From Escherichia phage JoYop: a stretch of DNA of 64,000 nt. This document shows, in pieces, positions 33,702 to 42,844 of this stretch. A program made the position numbers and the translations under genes. The notes under the pieces were generated by a model, which saw only the letters and a program-made list of their open reading frames with translations, searched no databases and was not told the origin of the DNA. How positions within the stretch are numbered: the stretch's first letter is position 1; each line of letters opens with the position of its first letter. Where the stretch lies: sequence record OR769032.1, one strand, 5' to 3'.

Positions 33702-33731
33702 TTTGAATAAATATCCTTAAAAGGAGGGTCT

Positions 33732-34388
33732 ATGGCAGCACCTAGAATATCATTTTCGCCCTCTGATATTCTATTTGGTGTTCTAGATCGCTTGTTCAAA
33801 GATAACGCTACCGGGAAAGTTCTTGCTTCCCGGGTAGCTGTCGTAATTCTTTTATTTATGATGGCGATTGTTTGGTATAGGGGAGATAGTTTCTTTGAGT
33901 ACTATAAGCAATCAAAGTATGAAACATACAGTGAAATTATTGAAAAGGAAAGAAATGCACGCTTTGAATCTGTCGCCCTGGAACAACTCCAGATAGTTCA
34001 TATATCATCTGAGGCAGACTTTAGTGCGGTGTATTCTTTCCGCCCTAAAAACTTAAACTATTTTGTTGATATTATAGCATACGAAGGAAAATTACCTTCA
34101 ACAATAAGTGAAAAATCACTTGGAGGATATCCTATTGATAAAACTATGGATGAATATACAGTTCATTTAAATGGACGTCATTATTATTCCAACTCAAAAT
34201 TTGCTTTTTTACCAACTAAAAAGCCTACTCCCGAAATAAATTACATGTACAGTTGTCCATATTTCAATTTGGATAATATCTATGCTGGAACAATAACCAT
34301 GTACTGGTATAGAAATGATCATATAAGTAATGACCGCCTTGAATCAATATGTTCTCAGGCGGCCAGAATATTAGGAAGGGCTAAATAA
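33732..34388 (+). CDS. t: holin
   Basis: 218 aa; N-terminal transmembrane segment then large periplasmic domain; matches T4 holin T. Confidence 0.93.
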   Translation: MAAPRISFSPSDILFGVLDRLFKDNATGKVLASRVAVVILLFMMAIVWYRGDSFFEYYKQSKYETYSEIIEKERNARFESVALEQLQIVHISSEADFSAVYSFRPKNLNYFVDIIAYEGKLPSTISEKSLGGYPIDKTMDEYTVHLNGRHYYSNSKFAFLPTKKPTPEINYMYSCPYFNLDNIYAGTITMYWYRNDHISNDRLESICSQAARILGRAK

Positions 34389-34661
34389 TTATTTGTTTGT
34401 ATACATCTCTAGATATCGATATACACCCTCAAAACCCTCGTTGAATTCGTCGATGAGGGTTTTCTTATCTTCTTGAGTTAATTCAGAAACAATTTTACGG
34501 AATGAATTCTGATTTAATTTTCTACCTTCATGCGTTACTCCAATCTCATTCAGAAATGCGATAAAATTAGCACGATTCTCAACAATATCTTCTCTGGAAA
34601 ATTTAATCAAAATAGACGCAACAGTAATAATTTCACGAACTGTATCAATGTTTTTATTCAT
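34389..34661 (-). CDS. asiA: anti-sigma-70 factor AsiA
   Basis: 90 aa, MNKNIDTVREIITVASILIKFSREDIVENRANFIAF... recognised as T4 AsiA. Confidence 0.93.
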   Translation of the reverse strand: MNKNIDTVREIITVASILIKFSREDIVENRANFIAFLNEIGVTHEGRKLNQNSFRKIVSELTQEDKKTLIDEFNEGFEGVYRYLEMYTNK

Positions 34662-34692
34662 TAACTATACCACTCAATTAGTTGACTTTATT

Positions 34693-34721
34693 ATAATATC
34701 ATCAGACACTTGATTTGTAAA
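34693..34721 (-). promoter_or_regulatory. early promoter (TTTACA-N17-TATTAT) upstream of asiA
   Basis: Hexamers and spacing read on minus strand. Confidence 0.6.
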
Positions 34722-34822
34722 CTGGTCTGTGTTATTTTCTTCAAAAATTTTTTCTACGAATTCCTTGAACGACTCACGTTCCTGAGCTACATTATGCTCG
34801 ATTACCTTTTCAAGATTATGAC

Positions 34823-35101
34823 TCATTCGAAATAATCTTCAATTTCGTAATCATGGACGTAAATCATTATAGTTTTTAATACATCATCAATACTTTTTCC
34901 TGGAGCTGGAATTACGTAAAAATATCCCGCCTTTAAGTTATCTTTATAAGTTCCAACCAAGAAATCATTATTCTCAAGATGTAGTTCTTCAACTAATTCA
35001 TTAACAATTGAGTGGTATAAATTTGGTAGAAACTTATATAGCTTTTCTAGAATATCAATTTTGATTGTATATTGAACCACAGATTGAGAATCAATAATCA
35101 T
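34823..35101 (-). CDS. arn: anti-restriction nuclease (McrBC inhibitor) Arn
   Basis: 92 aa, position after asiA; sequence matches my recollection of T4 Arn. Confidence 0.7.
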   Translation of the reverse strand: MIIDSQSVVQYTIKIDILEKLYKFLPNLYHSIVNELVEELHLENNDFLVGTYKDNLKAGYFYVIPAPGKSIDDVLKTIMIYVHDYEIEDYFE

Positions 35102-35184
35102 AGACCTTCCCCTTATGTTTCTGTTTGCGATTAGATTCTTTAAACGCTTTCTTCTTATCCTTATGAACAGAAGCTTTATTAAAA

Positions 35185-35403
35185 TTATGTTTTGCGACTA
35201 AATTGTTCATAGTGTTGAATTACCTCTCTTAAACATTTGCATGTGAATGAAAACTTTTTAGCTACACCACATTCAAATATATGTTCTCTTAAATCACGTG
35301 TGTCAGTATATCCCATCTCAACAATAAAATGCCGTATTAGATTTTTATCTTTATCATTGAGAGAGTTAAAATAATCGGATTTTGAATTAATTTCCCTGGC
35401 CAA
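35185..35403 (-). CDS. hypothetical protein, 72 aa
   Basis: ORF track. Confidence 0.4.
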   Translation of the reverse strand: MAREINSKSDYFNSLNDKDKNLIRHFIVEMGYTDTRDLREHIFECGVAKKFSFTCKCLREVIQHYEQFSRKT

Positions 35404-35683
35404 ATTGAATCACCTTCAGTTGACGTTTTAGTTCTTTTATCATCTCTTCGTTCATCGCAATATAAAGATCGCGTAAAGCAGGCTTTAGCATTCCATTTAT
35501 TGGGGAACTAAATGGACATACATAATCTTTTCCTACGAGCTTTTTAGTGAATTCCATATTACAGAACTGAAATGCCGGTTCATTGGCATAAATTCCCCAT
35601 TTGGTTGACATCATTTTATTGGCATATTCCAATGCCTGGATTTGATTCATAATTCCATCAATTTGAAACTTTTTAATATTCAT
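35387..35683 (-). CDS. hypothetical protein, 98 aa
   Basis: ORF track. Confidence 0.45.
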   Translation of the reverse strand: MNIKKFQIDGIMNQIQALEYANKMMSTKWGIYANEPAFQFCNMEFTKKLVGKDYVCPFSSPINGMLKPALRDLYIAMNEEMIKELKRQLKVIQFGQGN

Positions 35684-36144
35684 TAGTAAAGGTCCTCAGA
35701 GTAAAGTTCTTTTTCACTACCACCACGTTCAATACGTACTTGTCCAGCGTAAGTTGCAATAATCATTGCTTCTTCACGTGTCCAATAATTACTATATTGG
35801 TCAATAAACCCTTGGTCATCATCACAAACTTGTTGAGTAACTAATTGAGGTTTAACTACATCTAAAACTTCTGCCATATCTTTAGAATAATGACGAGCAC
35901 CTGGAATAATAAGAGTTCGTCCATCTTTTAATTTAAAACGATTAGCTGCACAGACAATTCGTCGTTGATACTTTTGGTTTTCATCCCAGTATGCAGTCTG
36001 CCAACAGATTTCAGGAACTTCATCTAAAACATTTTGTTCTGTATATTCACCACCGTAAGAAGCTAATTTAGCAGCCAGACTTTCCGGAGTCTCACGCGAC
36101 AAAGCTTTATCTAACAGAGCTAAGCGTTCTTTAAAAGTTTTCAT
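35683..36144 (-). CDS. hypothetical protein, 153 aa
   Basis: ORF track. Confidence 0.45.
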   Translation of the reverse strand: MKTFKERLALLDKALSRETPESLAAKLASYGGEYTEQNVLDEVPEICWQTAYWDENQKYQRRIVCAANRFKLKDGRTLIIPGARHYSKDMAEVLDVVKPQLVTQQVCDDDQGFIDQYSNYWTREEAMIIATYAGQVRIERGGSEKELYSEDLY

Positions 36145-36470
36145 TTAAACCATCCTTTAATACGTTGCCACAAAGTTTTCTGCTGAGCTTTGTTAACACC
36201 AATTGAGCGAATAACCGGTTGAGATTCCTGGAATTCTTTATAATCATCAAGGTAAATTTCGTAAGCTGCATCTGTAAATGAACTTATTGCTGCCATAAAA
36301 TTATTGCGAATACCTACTGGAGCATCTTTACTTTCACGAATAATCATGTATTTACCAGTCTTAATCTTTACGATAGTTCCAAGATAAGCTCCGTGGTACC
36401 AAATATCCCAACCCTCTTGAGTAGGTTCTGCACAACGACGAAGTTCATTGATAATTTCTAACTTGTTCAT
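36141..36470 (-). CDS. hypothetical protein, 109 aa
   Basis: ORF track. Confidence 0.45.
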   Translation of the reverse strand: MNKLEIINELRRCAEPTQEGWDIWYHGAYLGTIVKIKTGKYMIIRESKDAPVGIRNNFMAAISSFTDAAYEIYLDDYKEFQESQPVIRSIGVNKAQQKTLWQRIKGWFK

Positions 36471-36480
36471 TATTTATTCC

Positions 36481-37116
36481 TCACAGTTCAGATGCTACAG
36501 TGATTACAGCTTCGATGTTTTCTACCGAGCGTTTAATGTCAAGATACACATTACCATTTTTAGCGATTTTACATGACATTCCGATGTCAGTAAATTTCTG
36601 AATATGATGTTCCATCATTTTGTATCCAAAAATTCGCATATTTCCATTGTTGTTAATTTCAAAATTGCGAATTCCATGAGTACGTTTTTCTAAAATGGCA
36701 AGATAATTACTACGATAAGTTTCAACCTTTTTAAGAACAAATCCATTTTCATCTAAAAGTTTTAACATGAAGTCTTTATCTTCTTCCATATCAGAAGTAA
36801 TCTCACGAGCTTTACGAGTTGCTCGTTTTTTCAGCAGTTCCGGAGCATTTTCTTGTGCGTATAAAGTTGCTGCATTTGAAATAATATCCTGAGCTTCACC
36901 AGTAATGATTAATCCATCACCAGATTTCTCCACCAGGCCTTTTTTAATCAATACCCCAATATTACTATTAACTACTGCATTACCTAAATCTGGATGCACC
37001 TCACGAACTTCTGCAGCTGTAATGAAATCTTTCTTAGCAATGGTAATTAAAATTGCAGCAGTTTTTTCATTCAGAACATCGTTAGAAGCTTTGATGATGT
37101 AAGTTACTTTAGACAT
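36481..37116 (-). CDS. motA: middle-transcription activator MotA
   Basis: 211 aa, MSKVTYIIKASNDVLNEKTAAILITIAKKDF... recognised as T4 MotA; early promoter upstream. Confidence 0.93.
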   Translation of the reverse strand: MSKVTYIIKASNDVLNEKTAAILITIAKKDFITAAEVREVHPDLGNAVVNSNIGVLIKKGLVEKSGDGLIITGEAQDIISNAATLYAQENAPELLKKRATRKAREITSDMEEDKDFMLKLLDENGFVLKKVETYRSNYLAILEKRTHGIRNFEINNNGNMRIFGYKMMEHHIQKFTDIGMSCKIAKNGNVYLDIKRSVENIEAVITVASEL

Positions 37117-37157
37117 TTTCTAATCTCCGTAATTCTGTATCAGTAGTTGATAGTTGT

Positions 37158-37186
37158 ATAGTACCACAGTATGCTTTGGTTGTAAA
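37158..37186 (-). promoter_or_regulatory. early promoter (TTTACA-N17-TGG TACTAT) upstream of motA
   Basis: Conserved family member; A/T-rich UP-like tract upstream. Confidence 0.7.
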
Positions 37187-37204
37187 CCGTTTTGTGAAAA
37201 AAAT

Positions 37205-37238
37205 TTTAAAATAAAAAAGGGAGAGCCGAAGCTCTCCC
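37205..37238 (-). terminator. intrinsic terminator downstream of gene 52 and its coupled micro-ORF
   Basis: Minus strand GGGAGAGC-UUCG-GCUCUCCC followed by UUUUUUAUUUUAAAAUUU. Confidence 0.65.
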
Positions 37239-37243
37239 TAAAA

Positions 37244-37393
37244 TTACTGCATGACTGTGATAACTGTCATGATAACACGTTGAATTCCGAACGCAAGAAG
37301 ACCTCCTGCTACGGCTGGAACAACACCTAAACCCGCCAGTAAAATGCCACCAGATACTAATGCAGCGCTTGTAATACCTATGAATGGACTCAT
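37244..37393 (-). CDS. small hydrophobic peptide, 49 aa, coupled to gene 52
   Basis: ATGA overlap with gene 52 stop; MSPFIGITSAALVSGGILLAGLGVVPAVAGGLLAFGIQRVIMTVITVMQ; terminator follows. Confidence 0.4.
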   Translation of the reverse strand: MSPFIGITSAALVSGGILLAGLGVVPAVAGGLLAFGIQRVIMTVITVMQ

Positions 37394-38718
37394 TTGATTT
37401 CCTCTAAATCTTTGGTGTATTCTGTAACTACATCAGTAGTTTTCCAATATTCGTTCTCTTCTTTTTTAGCTTTAGCTTCTTCAGCAAGTTTCTTTGCTTC
37501 ATCGGAAGTCATATGAAAAATATTCATTCCGACTAGTTTATCAGCATAAGAAGAATACATATCAATTTTAGAAAGTTCTTCAGTCAGTTCTTTGCGAGTT
37601 TTACCCTGTACAACGATTTCACCTGAAATTACTTTCTTAATGAAATGGGCCTTAGCAAAGGCTAAACGAAATGCTGACTCAGTTTCTTTGATTTTGTTAT
37701 CAATTCGTTTTTGGACATAAGTTTTACGAACTTCAACAAAGTCTTTGATTAAATCGACTACATTATCGTAAACTTGAAGCTTTCCTTTCTCATTAATAAC
37801 CGTAATATTCTGAGAACGACGCTCAATCAACCCGAAGTCTTTCATGATTTTTGCATGGCGTTCTTCTTCGTTATCACTCAAAGAGTATTCTTTACGGAAT
37901 TTAATTTTAAAACCAAAACCATGCTCACCGCAAGCATCATCCCATGTAATGAAGCCTTTATCTTCAAGCGGGTCTAAAATTTTGCTCACATAAGTTTCAC
38001 GATCATACTTATACGGAATCTCAGTGATATTCATTTGAGTTCGTGAAGTAAACTTGTATGTTCCGCGAATTTCATATTGTCCATCAATTTCAACGACTTC
38101 ACCGCGAAATTCTGGGAATTCTACTTTCGGTTTAGTTACTTTCTTTCCTTGAAGAGCTTGCAATACAGCTTTCTTGACAGAAGAAACACTATGAGGAAGA
38201 ATGTAAGTTGCATAACCAGTTGCAATACCGGAAACACCATTAAGAAGAACGGTAGGAATAATAGGCAAATAGAAAGCAGGCGGAATGTGTTCTTTATCTT
38301 GATGTACCGGAGCATATTCAGTATCTTTATATACACTATAGAAATTTTTACTTACACGAGCAAAAATATAACGACTTGCCGCTGCTTTTTGAACGGTACG
38401 AGAACCAAAGTTTCCTTGACCATCTAACAGAGGAAAGTTATTATTCCAAGTGTTAGCCATCAAAGCACCTGCGTCTTGCGCAGAGTTTTCACCATGATGA
38501 TATCCAAGGTCCGCTACACCACCTGCAATAGAAGCGAGTTTGTGAAACTTATCTTTATTTCCTCGTGCCAAATCAAGAGCTCGAGCAATAACAAATCGTT
38601 GAACTGGCTTAAATCCATCAATCATATTTGGAATGGCACGATTTTCAACCGTGTACATAGCATAAGCCAATGCTTCATTATCAATGATACTTTTTAAATC
38701 GCGATTATTCAGTTGCAT
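37390..38718 (-). CDS. 52: topoisomerase II medium subunit gp52
   Basis: 442 aa as in T4; GyrA-like N-terminal region. Confidence 0.93.
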   Translation of the reverse strand: MQLNNRDLKSIIDNEALAYAMYTVENRAIPNMIDGFKPVQRFVIARALDLARGNKDKFHKLASIAGGVADLGYHHGENSAQDAGALMANTWNNNFPLLDGQGNFGSRTVQKAAASRYIFARVSKNFYSVYKDTEYAPVHQDKEHIPPAFYLPIIPTVLLNGVSGIATGYATYILPHSVSSVKKAVLQALQGKKVTKPKVEFPEFRGEVVEIDGQYEIRGTYKFTSRTQMNITEIPYKYDRETYVSKILDPLEDKGFITWDDACGEHGFGFKIKFRKEYSLSDNEEERHAKIMKDFGLIERRSQNITVINEKGKLQVYDNVVDLIKDFVEVRKTYVQKRIDNKIKETESAFRLAFAKAHFIKKVISGEIVVQGKTRKELTEELSKIDMYSSYADKLVGMNIFHMTSDEAKKLAEEAKAKKEENEYWKTTDVVTEYTKDLEEIK

Positions 38719-38855
38719 AAATTTACCATACTAGTGAATGTAGTGCCATAATAACATCAGAAATGAAAAGCACGACTTGAATTAATCCGAACATTACTCC
38801 ATAATATAGTGCTACTAATAAAGTAGCAAGGGCTAATGAATAGCCCAAGATTTTC

Positions 38856-39014
38856 TTAATCATTGGTAGATAACAACACAAATGTTAAATATGCACACAT
38901 ACCCTGAGCTAAAGCTTGTGAAAACACACTGCTAGCATCGATACAGATAGTTAAAACACATGCTACTATCCAACAAATAAATGAAATAACTCCTAATAAT
39001 TTTGCGATATTCAT
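38856..39014 (-). CDS. ac: small membrane protein, 52 aa (position of ac)
   Basis: Hand-translated: MNIAKLLGVISFICWIVACVLTICIDASSVFSQALAQGMCAYLTFVLLSTND; not in the 60-aa ORF track. Confidence 0.5.
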   Translation of the reverse strand: MNIAKLLGVISFICWIVACVLTICIDASSVFSQALAQGMCAYLTFVLLSTND

Positions 39015-39021
39015 ATTTTCC

Positions 39022-39102
39022 TCACTGGCGTCCGAAGACGCCTTTAGTTTTAAGATTATTACGATAGAACTGCATCACGTGTTCGTTGTGGAAATTACTC
39101 AT
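39022..39102 (-). CDS. stp: Stp peptide (activator of host PrrC anticodon nuclease)
   Basis: Hand-translated 26 aa [26 protein letters not shown]; ATG overlaps ndd stop (TAATG). Confidence 0.8.
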
Positions 39103-39545
39103 TAATATGCCTGCAAAACAAATTTAAAGTTATCAGCCAACATACGATTCATTTCTTCAAGTGTTTGATACTCAGAATGATGATTACGAGTAAACGCCAA
39201 AGCTAACTGACCTTTTCCAAACCCCGTCGTCAGAGGTTTCATCTTAGAAGCAGGTAGATAAAATACCGTGTATGCCATATTGTTATTTGCAATAGTACGC
39301 GCAAGCTGAGATCGACGCTGACGAATATGACTTAGAACCGCACTGAATCCTTGCTTAGAACGCTGATTACCTACATAAAATCGTGCAGATACACATGAAC
39401 CGTCAAATTCATTTACCAAAAAGTAAAATCCAGGTTTAGACAAAATGTCTTTGTGCGGAGTTCCCAAAAACCACTCACCACCCTTAATTGTACCAATAAC
39501 AGTAGCACCTGCATTATTCAGATCAGTAACAGTCATATATTTCAT
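39102..39545 (-). CDS. ndd: nucleoid disruption protein Ndd
   Basis: 147 aa from ATG at 39545 ([18 protein letters not shown]...); track ORF extends through an upstream hairpin. Confidence 0.88.
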
Positions 39546-39605
39546 ATTAATTTCCTCTAAATTATTTTCTACTCCAAGGCCGCATGAATACACGCGGCCG
39601 ATAAA

Positions 39606-39821
39606 TTAATCGTCGCAGTCGACGCTCAATTCCCAGAACTCTTCTACAGTATAAGTTTCAGTATCATTTTCAATACAGAAACGTTCATTACTGTTATTTG
39701 CTAAAGTAGCATTAACTGTCGGTTTCTCGCTAGTGCTCTTAAGAGGTGAAATGCGAATTAACTGATCACCATTATCTAAACAGAAAATTTCACCAACTTT
39801 TACATCTTTAAAACTTTTCAT
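39606..39821 (-). CDS. hypothetical protein, 71 aa
   Basis: ORF track, ndd.x position. Confidence 0.45.
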   Translation of the reverse strand: MKSFKDVKVGEIFCLDNGDQLIRISPLKSTSEKPTVNATLANNSNERFCIENDTETYTVEEFWELSVDCDD

Positions 39822-39936
39822 AATTCACCTCAAGGAGTATAAAATCCAAACGCAGTTGTTGACCATCCCATCCAATACGGGAAATTTGCGCCAATGTAAA
39901 ACATAAGAATATAAAACCAACCGCTCAGCAAATTCA

Positions 39937-40155
39937 TCATTTTACACCATTCCAAATTGTTTCAACCACGGATTTTAAACCATTCTGATGAATATCCATT
40001 CCGACTACTGTCATCAAATAGATTCCAACTACAACTGAACCTAATGCAAAAATCAGCATGAAAATGAATAAAGCCGGAAAAATATTATCGAAAAACCATT
40101 CCATAAATGTAAAAGCACTGCGTTTACGTTTCATATTTTCCTCACATAAATCCAA
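39937..40155 (-). CDS. small membrane protein, 72 aa
   Basis: Hydrophobic segments (LFIFMLIFALGSVVVGIYLM). Confidence 0.45.
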   Translation of the reverse strand: MDLCEENMKRKRSAFTFMEWFFDNIFPALFIFMLIFALGSVVVGIYLMTVVGMDIHQNGLKSVVETIWNGVK

Positions 40156-40255
40156 AGTAAGCGTTTAATACATCAATCATTAAAACGATTGGGAATATAC
40201 TCAAAACAACTAAAATTATAATTATATTCCATATAGCTTTAACAATCTTTTTCAT
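40142..40255 (-). CDS. small membrane peptide, ~37 aa
   Basis: Track ORF trimmed to ATG at 40255 (MKKIVKAIWNIIIILVVLSIFPIVLMI...); upstream part is the early promoter. Confidence 0.35.
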   Translation of the reverse strand: MKKIVKAIWNIIIILVVLSIFPIVLMIDVLNAYFGFM

Positions 40256-40283
40256 TTTCTGTTCCTCCGTAGTTGATAGTTGT

Positions 40284-40312
40284 ATAGTACCACAGAGGAA
40301 CAGTCTTGTAAA
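40284..40312 (-). promoter_or_regulatory. early promoter (TTTACA-N17-TGG TACTAT)
   Basis: Conserved family member. Confidence 0.65.
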
Positions 40313-40319
40313 CCACTTT

Positions 40320-40418
40320 TTAAAAATATTCGTAATAAATGTGAATACCAATCACTACTGCCGAAACTTGCGCAACCCACCACGCACAAGCAATAAGTAC
40401 AGAATTCAAAATTTTCAT
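40320..40418 (-). CDS. hydrophobic micro-ORF, 32 aa
   Basis: Hand-translated MKILNSVLIACAWWVAQVSAVVIGIHIYYEYF; GAGGT RBS; ATGA-coupled to upstream micro-ORF. Confidence 0.3.
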   Translation of the reverse strand: MKILNSVLIACAWWVAQVSAVVIGIHIYYEYF

Positions 40419-40501
40419 AATAACCTCATTACAAAAGTAAATGTTAAACAAATTACCGGAATACTAATTAACCAAACAAAACACCACCATAACGAACTCA
40501 T
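40415..40501 (-). CDS. hydrophobic micro-ORF, 28 aa
   Basis: Hand-translated MSSLWWCFVWLISIPVICLTFTFVMRLL. Confidence 0.3.
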   Translation of the reverse strand: MSSLWWCFVWLISIPVICLTFTFVMRLL

Positions 40502-40529
40502 AGTTCAATCTCAACGATTTTCATTTTAC

Positions 40530-40736
40530 TCAATAATCCGCTAAAAGATCAACGATTGCATCACGAAGACATTTATTCGCAATACGTTTAAGAGCAATTT
40601 CAGTTTCAGGCGCATTTCGAATAATCATTGAATTCAATTCAGCTTCGGCAAACTGAAGTTCTTTGACTAATTCAGCTTTATATTTTCCTTGACCTTTCTT
40701 AGCTTTTGCTCGTTTTAATTCAGCTGTAGTAAACAT
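40530..40736 (-). CDS. hypothetical protein, ~68 aa
   Basis: Track ORF trimmed to ATG at 40736 (MFTTAELKRAKAKK...). Confidence 0.4.
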   Translation of the reverse strand: MFTTAELKRAKAKKGQGKYKAELVKELQFAEAELNSMIIRNAPETEIALKRIANKCLRDAIVDLLADY

Positions 40737-40770
40737 TTTATTCTCCAAATCCGTATCAGTTGATAGTTGT

Positions 40771-40799
40771 ATAGTACCACAGTCCTTGTGGTATGTAAA
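40771..40799 (-). promoter_or_regulatory. early promoter (TTTACA-N17-TGG TACTAT)
   Basis: Conserved family member between denB and next ORF. Confidence 0.65.
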
Positions 40800-40816
40800 C
40801 CATTTTGTGAAAATTT

Positions 40817-41374
40817 TTAAATGGAAAGATACCATCCGTTGTAGTTACTTTTTCTTACAACCTTACGAAGGTCTTCTCTATCACCGATGAACTTCGGAGT
40901 GTACTGGATGACACCTGGATGAATTTCTTTAGTGTTGAATATAATTATACAGTCTGCGACCTGATGATTTAGAATGGGCCCTAGATTTATTCCAGAACCG
41001 TACGGATACTCTCCGCTGCATCCTGTTGTTACCGAAATCCAACGAGAGTCAGTTTGATGTGTTTTGACTTCTACTCGAAGACCGCAGTATTTTGGATGTG
41101 CCAAAACATCCCATGCATATGTATACGGGTCATCGACATCTTCTTGACCTTTGTTAACATACCCGCTTAGCCAATCTGCTACAAAAAATTCTGCGTACAC
41201 AGCGATACGGCATCTTTCGATAACTTCTGCCTTATCCTGATTTGGATTTTGCTTTAAAGAATATCTTGCAGTATCAGCAATTTTGACCTTCATTTCACTA
41301 GTCAAGTCACCGTTCGATAGGGTAAATGTCGGAATCTGAAATAGTCTCTGTAGCCCCGGATTCGTTTTCTGCAT
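40817..41374 (-). CDS. denB: endonuclease IV
   Basis: 185 aa as in T4 DenB, position upstream of ndd cluster. Confidence 0.75.
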   Translation of the reverse strand: MQKTNPGLQRLFQIPTFTLSNGDLTSEMKVKIADTARYSLKQNPNQDKAEVIERCRIAVYAEFFVADWLSGYVNKGQEDVDDPYTYAWDVLAHPKYCGLRVEVKTHQTDSRWISVTTGCSGEYPYGSGINLGPILNHQVADCIIIFNTKEIHPGVIQYTPKFIGDREDLRKVVRKSNYNGWYLSI

Positions 41375-41636
41375 TTAGACTTTCCTTTTTACCGCTGAGA
41401 TAAGCGTTATACACTTTAAGAGTACCGTAGTAAATTCGATCGTTTTCATCTAAAGACTCGCGGTCAAGTTCATCGAGTTCCTTTTTATCCATGACTATAA
41501 CATCATTACAGTAAAGAAACCCAAGTTTTTCGTGACCAAACTCAAATTTATTACAGTACACAATATTAGCGTGATGATTTCCGTGTAGTTTAATCTCTTT
41601 TATGTCGGAATCACCGATATTCATACAATAAATCAT
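41307..41636 (-). CDS. hypothetical protein, 109 aa (denB.1 position)
   Basis: ORF track; 68-nt out-of-frame overlap with denB start, so boundary uncertain. Confidence 0.4.
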   Translation of the reverse strand: MIYCMNIGDSDIKEIKLHGNHHANIVYCNKFEFGHEKLGFLYCNDVIVMDKKELDELDRESLDENDRIYYGTLKVYNAYLSGKKESLNAENESGATETISDSDIYPIER

Positions 41637-41653
41637 AATTTACCTTAAAACAA

Positions 41654-41683
41654 AAGGGCCGAAGCCCTTATTTAAATTGTTCA
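41654..41683. repeat. 30-bp direct repeat, copy 1 (stop codon plus UUCG hairpin)
   Basis: aagggccgaagcccttatttaaattgttca; identical to 41881..41910. Confidence 0.9.
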
Positions 41684-41862
41684 ATTCTTTTCTCTAGACA
41701 TTCAGCATAAGATTTCATTGAGATAAACTGTGAAAGCAGTAATTCTTGTTCAACTTCATTAACTGTTAGAAACTTCGTGCTTTCTAAAAATTTGCCCAGT
41801 GCATTAATTTTGAGCATTAATTGTTCGTATTCTTCTTTTACTCGTGCTTGATAACCTAGCAT
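41668..41862 (-). CDS. hypothetical protein, 64 aa
   Basis: ORF track; ends EQFK-stop-hairpin exactly like rIIB. Confidence 0.45.
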   Translation of the reverse strand: MLGYQARVKEEYEQLMLKINALGKFLESTKFLTVNEVEQELLLSQFISMKSYAECLEKRIEQFK

Positions 41863-41880
41863 AATTTTCCTTAGTATGAT

Positions 41881-41910
41881 AAGGGCCGAAGCCCTTATTT
41901 AAATTGTTCA
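41881..41910. repeat. 30-bp direct repeat, copy 2 (3' end of rIIB plus UUCG hairpin)
   Basis: Identical to 41654..41683. Confidence 0.9.
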
Positions 41911-42833
41911 GTAACGTCTTCAACTACTTCGTATTGGCAGGTACGCATTTTAGCATCGTTGTAATCAATCGGAATTGATACTACATCACGAGGATGTACT
42001 TTAACTTTTACAACTCGGCTGGTTGAACTGCCAAAGTGACGAATATAAGATTTAGAACACACATGCAGACCACGAGAACAAGTTTGTGTATCATCGTCAT
42101 TCACACGAGTACGTGGCATTTTAACTACTTTACCCGGACTGTTATCAAAGGTATTTGAGTGACAGTCAAAGTAATTACTGCGAACTACTTTCCAAGCATA
42201 GAAGTAACCATCTTCTGTAATTTCAATATCGTTTGCTACCAAGAAATCAAAGAGTCGAGATACCGCTTTCTGGCTCGGGTTTTCCAACAGATTTTCCAAG
42301 AACGGAAAATAGAATTCAAAGTTTTCGCCTTTTTCCATCGAGTCAAGAATACGATCAACCAGACCAGACCGTAATTCGATATTTTGATAGAACAAGCTTC
42401 CACCTTCAATTCGAACATCGCCGGAAATATATTTTTCAACAGCGCGACGAACATTAATTTTTTGTGCTGCTTCTTCCAACTTATCCGCTACGAGCAGATT
42501 AAGAATTTCCTGGAAGTTTGAATGAGTGTTAGGAGTTGCGTTATAAGTTACACCATCAACGGTAATTGAAATGAATTTTTTAGATGCATTCCAAATAATG
42601 TCAGATTTAGCAACTGGAGCAATAGCTGCATCGCTCTTAACTGTAACTGTAATGTCACCGCTAATGGTAACTTTGGAGCGCTCAGCTTCTTCAGCATTTT
42701 TCAAAACACGACGGATTGTGTCCACCGATACACCTTGCCAATCAGCCAATTCCTGTTGGGTGTAATTACCACTTGAATACAGTTTAACGATTTCAGCTTG
42801 TTCGTTTTTGGTCAGGCATTTAATATTGTACAT
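41895..42833 (-). CDS. rIIB: rIIB protein
   Basis: 312 aa as in T4 rIIB. Confidence 0.92.
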   Translation of the reverse strand: MYNIKCLTKNEQAEIVKLYSSGNYTQQELADWQGVSVDTIRRVLKNAEEAERSKVTISGDITVTVKSDAAIAPVAKSDIIWNASKKFISITVDGVTYNATPNTHSNFQEILNLLVADKLEEAAQKINVRRAVEKYISGDVRIEGGSLFYQNIELRSGLVDRILDSMEKGENFEFYFPFLENLLENPSQKAVSRLFDFLVANDIEITEDGYFYAWKVVRSNYFDCHSNTFDNSPGKVVKMPRTRVNDDDTQTCSRGLHVCSKSYIRHFGSSTSRVVKVKVHPRDVVSIPIDYNDAKMRTCQYEVVEDVTEQFK

Positions 42834-42844
42834 AATTTTCCTTA

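Noticed and set aside
40341-40544. 67-aa plus-strand ORF between ndd-region genes
   Set aside because: Overlaps an early promoter and two coupled minus-strand micro-ORFs; no RBS.
19462-40835. Recurrent peptide motif GTIQLS in the N-termini of three track ORFs (19462..19815, 40142..40351, 40530..40835)
   Set aside because: It is the translation of the conserved early promoter -10 region (TGGTACTATACAACTATC); true starts are the downstream ATGs with RBS.
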